Assembly: GCA_002841695.1 (NCBI GenBank) | Contig: PHAN01000016.1 | Location: 4,024-68,023, forward strand | DNA length: 64,000 bases | Reading direction: 5' to 3' | DNA from: Elusimicrobia bacterium HGW-Elusimicrobia-1 | Lineage (GTDB): Bacteria; Elusimicrobiota; Endomicrobiia; PHAN01 | In this document: one piece after another, positions 17,604 through 26,494 of the stretch | Layout: each line of letters begins with the position of its first letter | Numbering within the stretch: the stretch's first letter is position 1 | Made by a program: the position numbers and the translations under genes | The notes under the pieces: model-generated | What the model was told of the DNA's origin: nothing | What the model saw: the letters and a program-made list of their open reading frames with translations, nothing else | Database searches by the model: none

Positions 17604-19826
17604 ATGACAGATAAATGGCAAGTAGCAGAAATAGACCGTGACAAAGTCAGGGAGTTTTCCCGGGCGCTGGGCATAAAGCCCATAGTCGCCCAACTTCTTC
17701 TTGTCCGCGGTGTCAAAAATCTCAAAGAGGCCGAGGCGTTTCTTAACCCGGATCTGGCCTCTCTGCCCAACCCGTTTCTGCTGCGCGACATGGAAGCGTG
17801 CGTGGAGCGGATACGCAAGGCCATCGCCGCCGGAGAGAAAATCCTCATTTTCGGCGACCGCGACGTCGACGGTATAACATCGGTTTCCATACTTAACAGG
17901 ACGATTAAAACTTTGGGTGCCAAGCACGTTTTCTGGTATATACCTTCGACGGAGGGTTACGGGCTCAACGTGCCTGCCGTCGAGCGATTCAAAAAAGAGC
18001 ACAATATAACTCTCCTTATCACGGTAGATTGCGGCATATCGAACAGAGAAGAGATAAAAATCATCCGCGAAATGGGCATAGACGTAATCGTGACGGATCA
18101 TCACGAACCTCCGGAAAAAATCCCTGAGTGCACGGCGGTGCTCAATCCGAAACTCGCAGGTTCGCAGTATCCGTTCAGGGATCTGGCCGGATGCGCCGTG
18201 GCCTTCAAAGTCGCGCACGCTTTGCTTTTTTCGTACAACCCTTATTATAACGAGGAACTTGTGGCCGTCGACATAGAGACCACGGGGCTTCATCCGCGCT
18301 ATTCGGAAATATGCGAGATAGGCGCGGCCCTTACAAAAAACGGCGGGATAACGGCCACTTTTCAGACGCTGGTAAAAACGAAAAAACCGATCCCCTCGGA
18401 TGTCTCGGCGATTCACGGGATTACCGACGATATGTGCGTTTCGGCGCCGCCTCTTAAAGAGGCGCTCGTGAAACTCGCCGACTTTATCGGATCGAGGCGT
18501 CTGCTCATACACAACGCTCCTTTCGACCTTTCCTTTTTAAGACACGCTTTCAAGGCGGAGTTGCGCAGCTCTCTTGACAACGACTGCATAGACACGCTGA
18601 GGATGTCGCGGCTGCATTTTCCGTTTAAGTCGCACGCGCTTACTTCGCTGGTGTCCGATATGAAAATAAGCGTCAGCGAGCACCACAGGGCGCTTGCCGA
18701 CGCAATGGCCTGCGCGCAGGTATTCTGGCGCCTGCAGGAAATGTCCGATGCGCGGGTAAAATATTTTCTTGAGGACCATCTCGACCTTGTTTCCGTCGGC
18801 ACTCTTGCCGACATAATGCCTCTTGTGGGCGAAAACAGAATTCTCGTAAAGCGCGGACTCGAACTGCTTACCAATTCCAAAAAAGCCGGAGTAAAAGAGA
18901 TTGTCGAAGGCGCGCTGCGCGAGCGGAACACGCTTTCGCTTACGTCAAAATACGTTACGTGGAACATAACGCCGCTCCTTAACGCCGCCGGAAGAATGGG
19001 CAAAGCCGACGTGGCCTGCCGGCTTTTGATGTCGACAAAGACCGACGAGGCGCGCGACCTCTACGGCGAAGTCGTAAAACTGAATCTTGACCGCAAGGAA
19101 TTGCAGACAGTAAACGTAGAAAAATTTTTCTCGAAACTCAAAACACAGTGCGATACCCAAAAAGACAGAATAATAGTCATATCCTCCGACGAAGCCGAGC
19201 ACGGCGTCACGGGAATAGTCGCCTCCAATATCGTCAGGTCGCTCAAAAAACCGGCCATTCTTTTTGTCGTCAAAGACGGTATAGCGCAGGGCGCCGGCCG
19301 CTCTTCCGGAGGTTTCAACCTGCTTGCGGCCGTCGAGCAACTCTCGGGGATGCTGATAAAATACGGCGGACATAAATCCGCCGTCGGGCTTTCTATGAAA
19401 GTCGAAGACGTCGACGAGTTCCGCAGAAGGATAAACGAGATCGCCGCCAAAGAGCCGCCGCCCGTCGAGGAACCGGTGATACTGGTTGATGTCTGCGTTG
19501 CTCCGGAAGACATAACCTCTGATTTCCTCAGGCAGATAGAGCAGCTCGAACCTTTTGGCCTTGAAAATCCGGCTCCGGTCTTCTGGGTCAAAGGCCTCAG
19601 AGTTCAGTCGGTCTCGCGGATGGGCGCCGGCGGTGAGCATTTAAGATTGCGTTTCGCCAAAAACTCAACGGGACTCTCGGCCGTCGGATGGGGACTCGGA
19701 AGTATGAGCGATGACATTTCGCGCTGGGACAGTGTGGACGTCGTCGGTCAAATCGAATCGAATTTCTGGCAGGACAAAGAGTATATGCAGCTGCAGATAA
19801 TGGATATAAGCCCCGCGCCGCTTTGA
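17604..19826 (+). CDS. recJ: RecJ ssDNA exonuclease with an internally inserted DEDDh (DnaQ-like) 3'-5' exonuclease domain
   Basis: RecJ motifs GDRDVDG, TVDCG, TDHH, GTLADIMPL..ENR, NAAGR, GGHKSAVG, LEPFG..NP. The insert has VDIETTGL, HNAPFD, DTL, HRALADA. Confidence 0.92.
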   Translation: MTDKWQVAEIDRDKVREFSRALGIKPIVAQLLLVRGVKNLKEAEAFLNPDLASLPNPFLLRDMEACVERIRKAIAAGEKILIFGDRDVDGITSVSILNRTIKTLGAKHVFWYIPSTEGYGLNVPAVERFKKEHNITLLITVDCGISNREEIKIIREMGIDVIVTDHHEPPEKIPECTAVLNPKLAGSQYPFRDLAGCAVAFKVAHALLFSYNPYYNEELVAVDIETTGLHPRYSEICEIGAALTKNGGITATFQTLVKTKKPIPSDVSAIHGITDDMCVSAPPLKEALVKLADFIGSRRLLIHNAPFDLSFLRHAFKAELRSSLDNDCIDTLRMSRLHFPFKSHALTSLVSDMKISVSEHHRALADAMACAQVFWRLQEMSDARVKYFLEDHLDLVSVGTLADIMPLVGENRILVKRGLELLTNSKKAGVKEIVEGALRERNTLSLTSKYVTWNITPLLNAAGRMGKADVACRLLMSTKTDEARDLYGEVVKLNLDRKELQTVNVEKFFSKLKTQCDTQKDRIIVISSDEAEHGVTGIVASNIVRSLKKPAILFVVKDGIAQGAGRSSGGFNLLAAVEQLSGMLIKYGGHKSAVGLSMKVEDVDEFRRRINEIAAKEPPPVEEPVILVDVCVAPEDITSDFLRQIEQLEPFGLENPAPVFWVKGLRVQSVSRMGAGGEHLRLRFAKNSTGLSAVGWGLGSMSDDISRWDSVDVVGQIESNFWQDKEYMQLQIMDISPAPL

Positions 19827-19859
19827 GCGTCCGGAGAACTACATAAGGAGACACAATCA

Positions 19860-21113
19860 ATGAGTTATGCCGATTTCATTTCCGAACGCCTGTCCGCCGA
19901 CGCGGGTTTTGTCGCCGTCGTATCGAAAATCAAGTCCCTTAAAAAGGGCGACAAAGTGCTGCTGTTCCCGCACGACGATCCCGACGGCCTTACCGCCGGC
20001 GTCATACTCGAAACTCTTATGAAGTCGCGCGGAGCCGACGTCCGCACCGTGATACTTCCGACTTACGAACTCAGCGCCGCGGAACTCGACGCAAATCTTA
20101 AAGGTGAAAAACTGGTCGTCATAGCCGACAAAGGCACCATAGGATATTACGACGACTACACGACCAGGGCCGAAATAATGGTGGTGGACCATCACCCGCC
20201 CCAGAGCGGCGAAATCAAGAAGGCCATAGTGTTTAATCCGTCGGTAAAACAATACACGCAGACATCCACATCGCATATGGCGCACATGCTCGCCGCCGCG
20301 CTTTCATCCGCCGACGCCAGGACGGATTATCTTGCTCTCGTCGGAATGAAAGCCGACTGGGCGATAGAACCCGCCACGGATTTTGTGTGCGAATACTGCA
20401 AGCCGTTTTACGCCGAAGCTGCCCTGAAATATCCCTCGCTGACGGCAAAGGTAAAAGCCGCTCCGACGATGTTCGAGGTAAAACAGCGCGAAGTCACGAC
20501 GCTGCTCAACCAGATAAGCGAGTTCTATTTTGTGCTTTCGGGAGGCGGTTTTCAGTATTATTACGAGCCCCGCCAGAACGAGTTTGCCTACGAAGTGCTC
20601 AAAGCGTCGACCTTCGCGTCGTGGAGCGATTTCGCCGCGTTCCGGTCGTCGCTTTCCGAGAAACTCATAACTTCGGCGATTTACGAGCACTTCCGCGAGG
20701 ACTGGTCGAGTTTGTCCACGCTGTTCGATTATTCCGTCGAGATCGGGACCAAGGGAAATCAAAAAGTGTTTTTCTTCCTGGGTAACGACGTGCGCTGGAT
20801 GCCGATGGCCGGCTCCGTCAAACTTTATGATTTAAAGACCCGTGCCGGCGGAGGCGAAGCGGCCTTCATTATGACGAATCTCGAACCCGGCGGTGGAGTG
20901 CATTTCTCGTTCCGCTCGACGGGCGGCGATATTCATTTGGGAAAACTTGCGAGTTCCACCGCCGAGGCGCTCATAGCCAAATACGGTCAGCGCGGCGTCA
21001 TTTCAGGCGGAGGACATCCGGTCGCCGCCGAATGCAAAACCCGTTCGGCAGGCGTGCCCCTTGCGGAGGCCTTGAAGATATTTTTAGAGACACTGCCGGA
21101 AGCGTTGAAGTGA
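19860..21113 (+). CDS. DHH/DHHA1-family phosphoesterase (divergent RecJ/NrnA-like)
   Basis: PHDDPDG, IADKG, VDHH, SFR, SGGGHPVAA. Confidence 0.8.
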   Translation: MSYADFISERLSADAGFVAVVSKIKSLKKGDKVLLFPHDDPDGLTAGVILETLMKSRGADVRTVILPTYELSAAELDANLKGEKLVVIADKGTIGYYDDYTTRAEIMVVDHHPPQSGEIKKAIVFNPSVKQYTQTSTSHMAHMLAAALSSADARTDYLALVGMKADWAIEPATDFVCEYCKPFYAEAALKYPSLTAKVKAAPTMFEVKQREVTTLLNQISEFYFVLSGGGFQYYYEPRQNEFAYEVLKASTFASWSDFAAFRSSLSEKLITSAIYEHFREDWSSLSTLFDYSVEIGTKGNQKVFFFLGNDVRWMPMAGSVKLYDLKTRAGGGEAAFIMTNLEPGGGVHFSFRSTGGDIHLGKLASSTAEALIAKYGQRGVISGGGHPVAAECKTRSAGVPLAEALKIFLETLPEALK

Positions 21114-21115
21114 AA

Positions 21116-21256
21116 AATTGAGTCAATTGAAAAATACTCCTTTTTCCCGTATGTCATTTCCGAATGTTGTTATCGGGAATCCATACTGCGGAGGAAACCT
21201 TGAATTTCCGCTTTAGCGGGAATGACGTGACAAGGGTTTTTCAACGGTCTCAAATT
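21116..21256. repeat. MITE-like element: imperfect terminal inverted repeats enclosing a GTCAT...ATGAC palindrome
   Basis: Left attgagtcaattgaaaaa, right tttttcaacggtctcaaat, inner gtcatttccg...cgggaatgac; same ends as 27676-27878. Confidence 0.65.
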
Positions 21257-21336
21257 AAGAAGTCGGTGAATTTAGCGATGGAAAGCGCCGGACGCCGACA
21301 GCGTCCCGGTGTTTTTCTGATATTTGCGGAGGCAAT

Positions 21337-22212
21337 ATGGCTGACAAAGACAAGCTGCCTGTGGTAAAAATCGGAGTTATAGGCGGCAGCGGAGTGTACG
21401 AAATCGAGGGCATTAAAAACTTAAAGGAATACGATATCCCCACACCCTTCGGGAAAACATCCGACACGATAATCGTCGGAGAACTCGGCGGCGTACCGTG
21501 CGCTTTCCTTCCGCGCCACGGCCGCGGGCATCGCATTTCTCCGTCGGAAGTCAACTCCCGCGCCAACATTTACGCGATGAAAGCGTTCGGTGTGGAAAGA
21601 ATTATCGCCGTGTCGGCGTGCGGCTCGCTCAAAGAGGAAATAGAGCCGGGCGATTTCCTGATACCCGATCAGCTCTTTGACAGAACCCGAGAGCGGCCTC
21701 GCAGTTTTTTCGGCGAGGGAATTGTGGGACACGTCGGTTTCGCGGAGCCGTACTGCAAACAATTAAGCGAATTGCTGTTCGCCAAAAGCAGGGAACTCGG
21801 CATTAAATCGCATCTCGGCGGCACATACGTCTGCATCGAAGGCCCTATGTTCTCGACCAAAGCCGAATCAAAGGTCTGGCGCGGGATGGGATTCTCCATC
21901 GTCGGTATGACCAACCTGCCGGAAGCGCGCCTGGCGCGCGAAGCCGAAATATGCTTCACCACGGTGGGGCTCGTGACCGACTACGACGTTTGGAAAGAAG
22001 GCGAAGAGGTTACCGTCGAGAAGGTGGTCGCCACCATCACCAAAAACGTGGCCAATGTCAAAAAACTTTTGAAGGCGCTCGTCGGAGAAATCAAGCCGGA
22101 ACGCGATTGCGCCTGCAAAGACGCTCTGCGCGGCGCCATAATGACGGCGCCCGAAGCCATAGATAAAAAGACGTCGGAAAAACTCAAACTGATAATAGGC
22201 AAATACATATGA
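21337..22212 (+). CDS. mtnP: S-methyl-5'-thioadenosine phosphorylase
   Basis: IGGSG, TPFG..S, LPRHGRGH, NSRANI, EGPMFSTKAES, GMTNLPEARLAREAE, TDYD. Confidence 0.93.
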   Translation: MADKDKLPVVKIGVIGGSGVYEIEGIKNLKEYDIPTPFGKTSDTIIVGELGGVPCAFLPRHGRGHRISPSEVNSRANIYAMKAFGVERIIAVSACGSLKEEIEPGDFLIPDQLFDRTRERPRSFFGEGIVGHVGFAEPYCKQLSELLFAKSRELGIKSHLGGTYVCIEGPMFSTKAESKVWRGMGFSIVGMTNLPEARLAREAEICFTTVGLVTDYDVWKEGEEVTVEKVVATITKNVANVKKLLKALVGEIKPERDCACKDALRGAIMTAPEAIDKKTSEKLKLIIGKYI

Positions 22213-23174
22213 AAAAAACAGCGTCATCGCCGTCCGCCCGAAAAAAATCGGCCGATTCGTCCATACTGGTAGTCGGTTCCGTGGCGCTCGACAGTGTCAA
22301 GACGCCCTTCGGCGAAGTCAAAGACGCCCTCGGCGGTTCGGCCACATACTTCGGCGTGTCGGCGTCGTACTTCGCGCCGGTAAAACTTGTTGCCGTAGTC
22401 GGAAAGGATTTTCCGTCCAAGCACGTCAAACTGTTGAAGTCCCGCGGAATCGACACGAGCGGTCTGCTCCGCGCGCCGGGCAAGACGTTTCGCTGGAAGG
22501 GCTATTACGAATATGACCTCAACAACGCGCGCACACTCGACACCAAGCTGAATGTCTTTGCCGATTTCAAGCCCGAACTCGACGATGCCGCCCGCGACAG
22601 CCGATATGTGTTTCTGGGCAATATAGACCCCGAAATACAGACGGGAGTTCTTAAAAAAATCAAAAAACCGCGCTTAGTCGGCGCGGACACCATGAACTTC
22701 TGGATAGAGCGCAAACCCGAAGCGCTCAAAGAAATGATACGTTTCGTCGATGTCCTCATAATCAATGAAGGCGAGACCAGAGAGTTCGCCAAGGAGAAAA
22801 ATCTCGTGCGCGCCGCCCGACGGATAATGTCGTGGGGGCCGCGATGGCTCGTCGTAAAACGCGGAGAGTACGGCGCCCTTCTGTTTTCGCAAAGCGAAGT
22901 TTTCGCCGCGCCGGCGTATCCGCTGGAAAATATTTCCGATCCCACGGGCGCGGGCGACAGTTTCGCCGGCGGCTTCATGGGCGCGCTGGCGTCGTCGGGA
23001 ATGTCGGCTTTGTCCGGGAAAATATTCCCGTCGATGGCCTCCGCCGTCGTTTCCGGCAGCGTGATGGCTTCGTTCAATGTGGAATCATTCAGCTTGGGCC
23101 GTCTGGCCAATCTCGACGGAAAAAAGATTGCCGCGAGGTTCGGGGAGTTTATTCGTCTTACGCGATTCGCCTGA
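22209..23174 (+). CDS. PfkB-family sugar/nucleoside kinase
   Basis: GGSATYF, KRGEYGA, DPTGAGDSFAGG. Confidence 0.9.
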   Translation: MKKTASSPSARKKSADSSILVVGSVALDSVKTPFGEVKDALGGSATYFGVSASYFAPVKLVAVVGKDFPSKHVKLLKSRGIDTSGLLRAPGKTFRWKGYYEYDLNNARTLDTKLNVFADFKPELDDAARDSRYVFLGNIDPEIQTGVLKKIKKPRLVGADTMNFWIERKPEALKEMIRFVDVLIINEGETREFAKEKNLVRAARRIMSWGPRWLVVKRGEYGALLFSQSEVFAAPAYPLENISDPTGAGDSFAGGFMGALASSGMSALSGKIFPSMASAVVSGSVMASFNVESFSLGRLANLDGKKIAARFGEFIRLTRFA

Positions 23175-23233
23175 AAGCCGATCGCCCGGTAAATATCGCC
23201 GCCGCGCATATCGCGGCGCAATGGAGAAAAGTT

Positions 23234-24217
23234 ATGATGAAGATAGGAAGAGATTTCACGAACCTGCTGAACACTTCGTTTCTGACGGAGTCGGAAAGAA
23301 AAGACCTTAAGTCGGGAAAACTTGCCGTGTCGGACATGGACGCGCGCGTGCAGATTCGCGCCAAAGCCGACGTCGTAAACCAGATAAAGGTCGCCAAGGA
23401 AACCGGTCTCGATCATGTGGAGTTAGATGGAGGCGTGCCGAATCCGTACCTTGAGCTTTCGTCGGACAAAATAGCCGAAGCGCGGGAATACGCCGTAAAA
23501 AACGGCATCTCCCTGTCATTTCATCTGCCCTACACTTTCGTGGCGGCGGCAACGGCTTCCTTCCAGGAGTCCGACCGGAAAGTCGCGGTGGAACTTCTGA
23601 AAAAATACATAGACGTGGCCAAAGCGCTGGGATGTAACAACGTTAACATGCATCCGGGCGCAGTGCCTTTTTACCAGGCGGTGGGAGAATACAAAAAAAT
23701 CGTGAAGTCCAGCGTGATAAAATCCCTGGAGGAACTTGTTCCCTACGCGGAGTCGAAAGGTCTTTCCTTCCATATGGAAAACAACACGGCTTTCGATTCG
23801 ATTTGTTTTGAAGTCGCCGAATGTCTGGAAATTATCGACGCCGTCAATAAAAAAGGTTCCAAGGTCAAGTTCTGTTTCGACATAGGTCACTGGTTCACAA
23901 GAGCCGACGTGGGGATGACGATTCCGGAACCTCCCGAAAATATAATGAACGAAATTCCCGCGGGCTATCTCGGGCAGATACATCTCAACGACTACATACC
24001 CGTCATAAAGAAATTTCATCCGCCCCTGCACTACCAGAAGGGTCTTCTGAAAAAAGACAATCTCGTCCGTCTGGCCAAAATGCTCAAAGATAAAGGCGCA
24101 GACCTGATAGTGGTTGAAACGGCCGTAAGAGACGTCGACGAGTTGCTCGCCGCCCGCGAAATAATGGATGCCGAGAGTAAGTTTTTGAGGGACGTGCTTA
24201 AAGAAGCGGGAGTGTAA
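23234..24217 (+). CDS. Xylose isomerase-like / AP endonuclease 2 family TIM-barrel metalloenzyme
   Basis: FHLP, MHPG, MENN, FDIGH, IHLND...H, VET metal-ligand pattern; GGAG before ATG 23234. Confidence 0.75.
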   Translation: MMKIGRDFTNLLNTSFLTESERKDLKSGKLAVSDMDARVQIRAKADVVNQIKVAKETGLDHVELDGGVPNPYLELSSDKIAEAREYAVKNGISLSFHLPYTFVAAATASFQESDRKVAVELLKKYIDVAKALGCNNVNMHPGAVPFYQAVGEYKKIVKSSVIKSLEELVPYAESKGLSFHMENNTAFDSICFEVAECLEIIDAVNKKGSKVKFCFDIGHWFTRADVGMTIPEPPENIMNEIPAGYLGQIHLNDYIPVIKKFHPPLHYQKGLLKKDNLVRLAKMLKDKGADLIVVETAVRDVDELLAAREIMDAESKFLRDVLKEAGV

Positions 24218-24282
24218 TGTTTTTGTTTCCGGCGCTTTTTCTTTGGACAAGTAAAAAGAGCGAATAACCAGGAGGATTACGA

Positions 24283-24939
24283 ATGTTCTACATTTTTCTT
24301 ATGGGAAGACCCGGCTGCGGCAAGTCGGAAATTTACCGCCGCGTGGCCGAAGAGCTTAAAAACCGAAAACTCGCGTCGGATTTCCTCAGAGTAGACGATT
24401 TTCCTAAACTCTGGGCCAAGTTTCAGGGCGATGACGCCGCTGACAAAGCCGGCACACCGCGCAAATATTCGCGCGCGACGGCGGACGGCGGTTATCTCGT
24501 CACCAACGACGGAGTATGGGACGAAATCCTCAAAGAAGTCGACGCCGACCTCAAAGACCTTTCGCGGCCCGGACGCGCGATATTCATAGAGTTTTCGCGC
24601 CCGAATTACGTGCATTCGATACTGGAAAATTTTTCCGGAAGCGTGCTCGACACCGGAGTCGTGGTCTACATCGACTGCTCCTTTGAAACCTGCTGGCAGA
24701 GGAACGTCAGACGTCACGAGGCCGCCGTCGCCGCGGGCGGCGACGACCATCTGGTAAGCCGCGAAGAGATGGAAAAAACTTATCTTCACGACGACCGCGA
24801 CGCTCTCGTGAAAAACAACAGGATACCGGTTGTCGTCGTTGATAACGAAAAAGACGGCACCGAGCATCTTGCCGCCGCCACCGCGGCCGTGCTCGCGGAA
24901 ATGGAGAAAATCGTCAAGTCAAGAAAAATAAGCATCTAA
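24283..24939 (+). CDS. Uncharacterised P-loop kinase (NMP/nucleoside kinase-like)
   Basis: N-terminal Walker A GRPGCGKS, lid motif YIDCSFETCWQRN; GGAGG SD. Confidence 0.7.
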   Translation: MFYIFLMGRPGCGKSEIYRRVAEELKNRKLASDFLRVDDFPKLWAKFQGDDAADKAGTPRKYSRATADGGYLVTNDGVWDEILKEVDADLKDLSRPGRAIFIEFSRPNYVHSILENFSGSVLDTGVVVYIDCSFETCWQRNVRRHEAAVAAGGDDHLVSREEMEKTYLHDDRDALVKNNRIPVVVVDNEKDGTEHLAAATAAVLAEMEKIVKSRKISI

Positions 24940-24951
24940 AAGAGGCGTACA

Positions 24952-25983
24952 ATGATAGACGCAAAAACAGCACACCTGCTTCCCAAGGCCGACCTCCACT
25001 GCCATCTCGACGGTTCCGTGCGCACTTCCACGATCCGCGATCTGGCCGGGAAGGCCGGCGCTAAGCTTCCTGCCGAAGACCTTGCCGAACTGGAAAAATA
25101 CGTCAGGGTGCCCGAAACCTGCCGGTCGTTGACGGAGTTTCTGGCGTGCTTCAACTTTTTCTACGACTTCTTGAAATCGCCGGAAGCCGTCGAAAGGATA
25201 GCTTACGAGCTTGTCGAGGACGCGGCCAAAGAAAACGTGCGTATAATCGAGGTGCGCTTCGCCCCGCCCCTGCAGGAAACCGATAAGTTTTCCGCCGACG
25301 AAGTGGTGCGCCGCGCGCTTGCCGGTCTTGCCGCCGGAGAGAGTGATTTTAAGGTAAAGACGGGAGCCATACTTTGTTTCTATCGGTCGCTTTCCGAGAC
25401 CCGGAACGACGCCACGCTTTCGTCGCTCAAAAAATATTTCGGCAACGGCGTGATAGGCGCGGATCTTGCTGGCGACGAGTCGCGCTATCCGTTTTCGCTC
25501 TACGCGAAATATTTTCGCGCCGCGGTGGATATGAAAGTGCCGCTTACAGCCCACGCCGGCGAAGCCGCCGGGCCCCAGAGCATTAAAGCGGCTCTTGACC
25601 TCGGCGCAAAAAGAATAGGACACGGAACGCGCTTGCGCGAGGATTCCGAATTACTTAAACGGGTTGTCGCCGAGGGCGTGCCGCTTGAAGTGTGCGTCAC
25701 GTCGAACGTTCAGACGCAAACAGTGCCCGATTATTCCGATCATCCGATAAAAAAATACTACGACGCCGGCGTCAAGGTGACGTTAAACACCGACGACCGT
25801 TCCGTATCGGGCATTGATTTGAGCTACGAAGTAAAAAAAATATCCGAGGTCTACGGATTCGACGATAAAGACATAGCCCGCATACTGGAAAACGGATTCG
25901 ATGCGTCGTTTATCGACGAGAAAACAAGAAAAGAAGTTTTATCGCGGGCCTCAAAAGAGATAAAAGAAATACTGAAAATTTAA
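24952..25983 (+). CDS. add: Adenosine deaminase
   Basis: PKADLHCHLDGS, EVRFAP, DLAGDE, HAGE, RIGHG, EVCVTSN, NTDD. Confidence 0.95.
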   Translation: MIDAKTAHLLPKADLHCHLDGSVRTSTIRDLAGKAGAKLPAEDLAELEKYVRVPETCRSLTEFLACFNFFYDFLKSPEAVERIAYELVEDAAKENVRIIEVRFAPPLQETDKFSADEVVRRALAGLAAGESDFKVKTGAILCFYRSLSETRNDATLSSLKKYFGNGVIGADLAGDESRYPFSLYAKYFRAAVDMKVPLTAHAGEAAGPQSIKAALDLGAKRIGHGTRLREDSELLKRVVAEGVPLEVCVTSNVQTQTVPDYSDHPIKKYYDAGVKVTLNTDDRSVSGIDLSYEVKKISEVYGFDDKDIARILENGFDASFIDEKTRKEVLSRASKEIKEILKI

Positions 25984-26003
25984 AACGGAGGTTTCAAAAG
26001 TTT

Positions 26004-26399
26004 ATGGATAAAAAATATCAGGAATTGCTCGAAGCCGCAAAAGCCGCCCGCAAAAACTCTTACAGCCCCTATTCAAAGTTTCCCGTGGGAGCGGCTCTCT
26101 TGACGGAAGACGGAAAAATCTTTACCGGCTGCAATGTCGAAAACGCCTCCTACGGTTTGACTAATTGCGCCGAGCGCACCGCGATATTCAAAGCCATTTC
26201 CGAGGGCTCCAAAAAATTCAAGGCCATAGCCATAGTGCTCGACGCTCCCGATTACGGAGCGCCCTGCGGCGCGTGCCGTCAGGTTATATACGAGTTCGGT
26301 CCCAATATCGACGTCATAATGGGCACGGTGTCGGGTAAGTCCGAGGTAAAAAAAATCTCGGAACTTATACCTCTGGCATTCGGACCGGAGAATCTTTGA
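26004..26399 (+). CDS. cdd: Cytidine deaminase (tetrameric type)
   Basis: YSPYSKFPVGAA, GCNVENASY, CAER, PCGACRQ. Confidence 0.97.
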   Translation: MDKKYQELLEAAKAARKNSYSPYSKFPVGAALLTEDGKIFTGCNVENASYGLTNCAERTAIFKAISEGSKKFKAIAIVLDAPDYGAPCGACRQVIYEFGPNIDVIMGTVSGKSEVKKISELIPLAFGPENL

Positions 26400-26414
26400 T
26401 AGAAAAACAGGAGT

Positions 26415-26470
26415 GTAGCGGCGGGATTGCTATCCCGCAATAATATGCCGCATAGCAATGCGGCCGCTAT
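26415..26470. repeat. GTAG-type REP-like inverted doublet
   Basis: gtagcg-gcgggattgctatcccgc ... gccgcatagcaatgcggc-cgctat: two self-complementary units in inverted orientation. Confidence 0.5.
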
Positions 26471-26494
26471 CATCTCCGCTAAAAAGGAGAAATA

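Noticed and set aside
22832-23233. N-terminal extension of the TIM-barrel ORF, and similar extensions at 27802, 6925, 32372, 37783, 44487, 55393
   Set aside because: They overlap upstream genes, repeats or promoters; downstream ATGs fit the SD or family N-terminus better.
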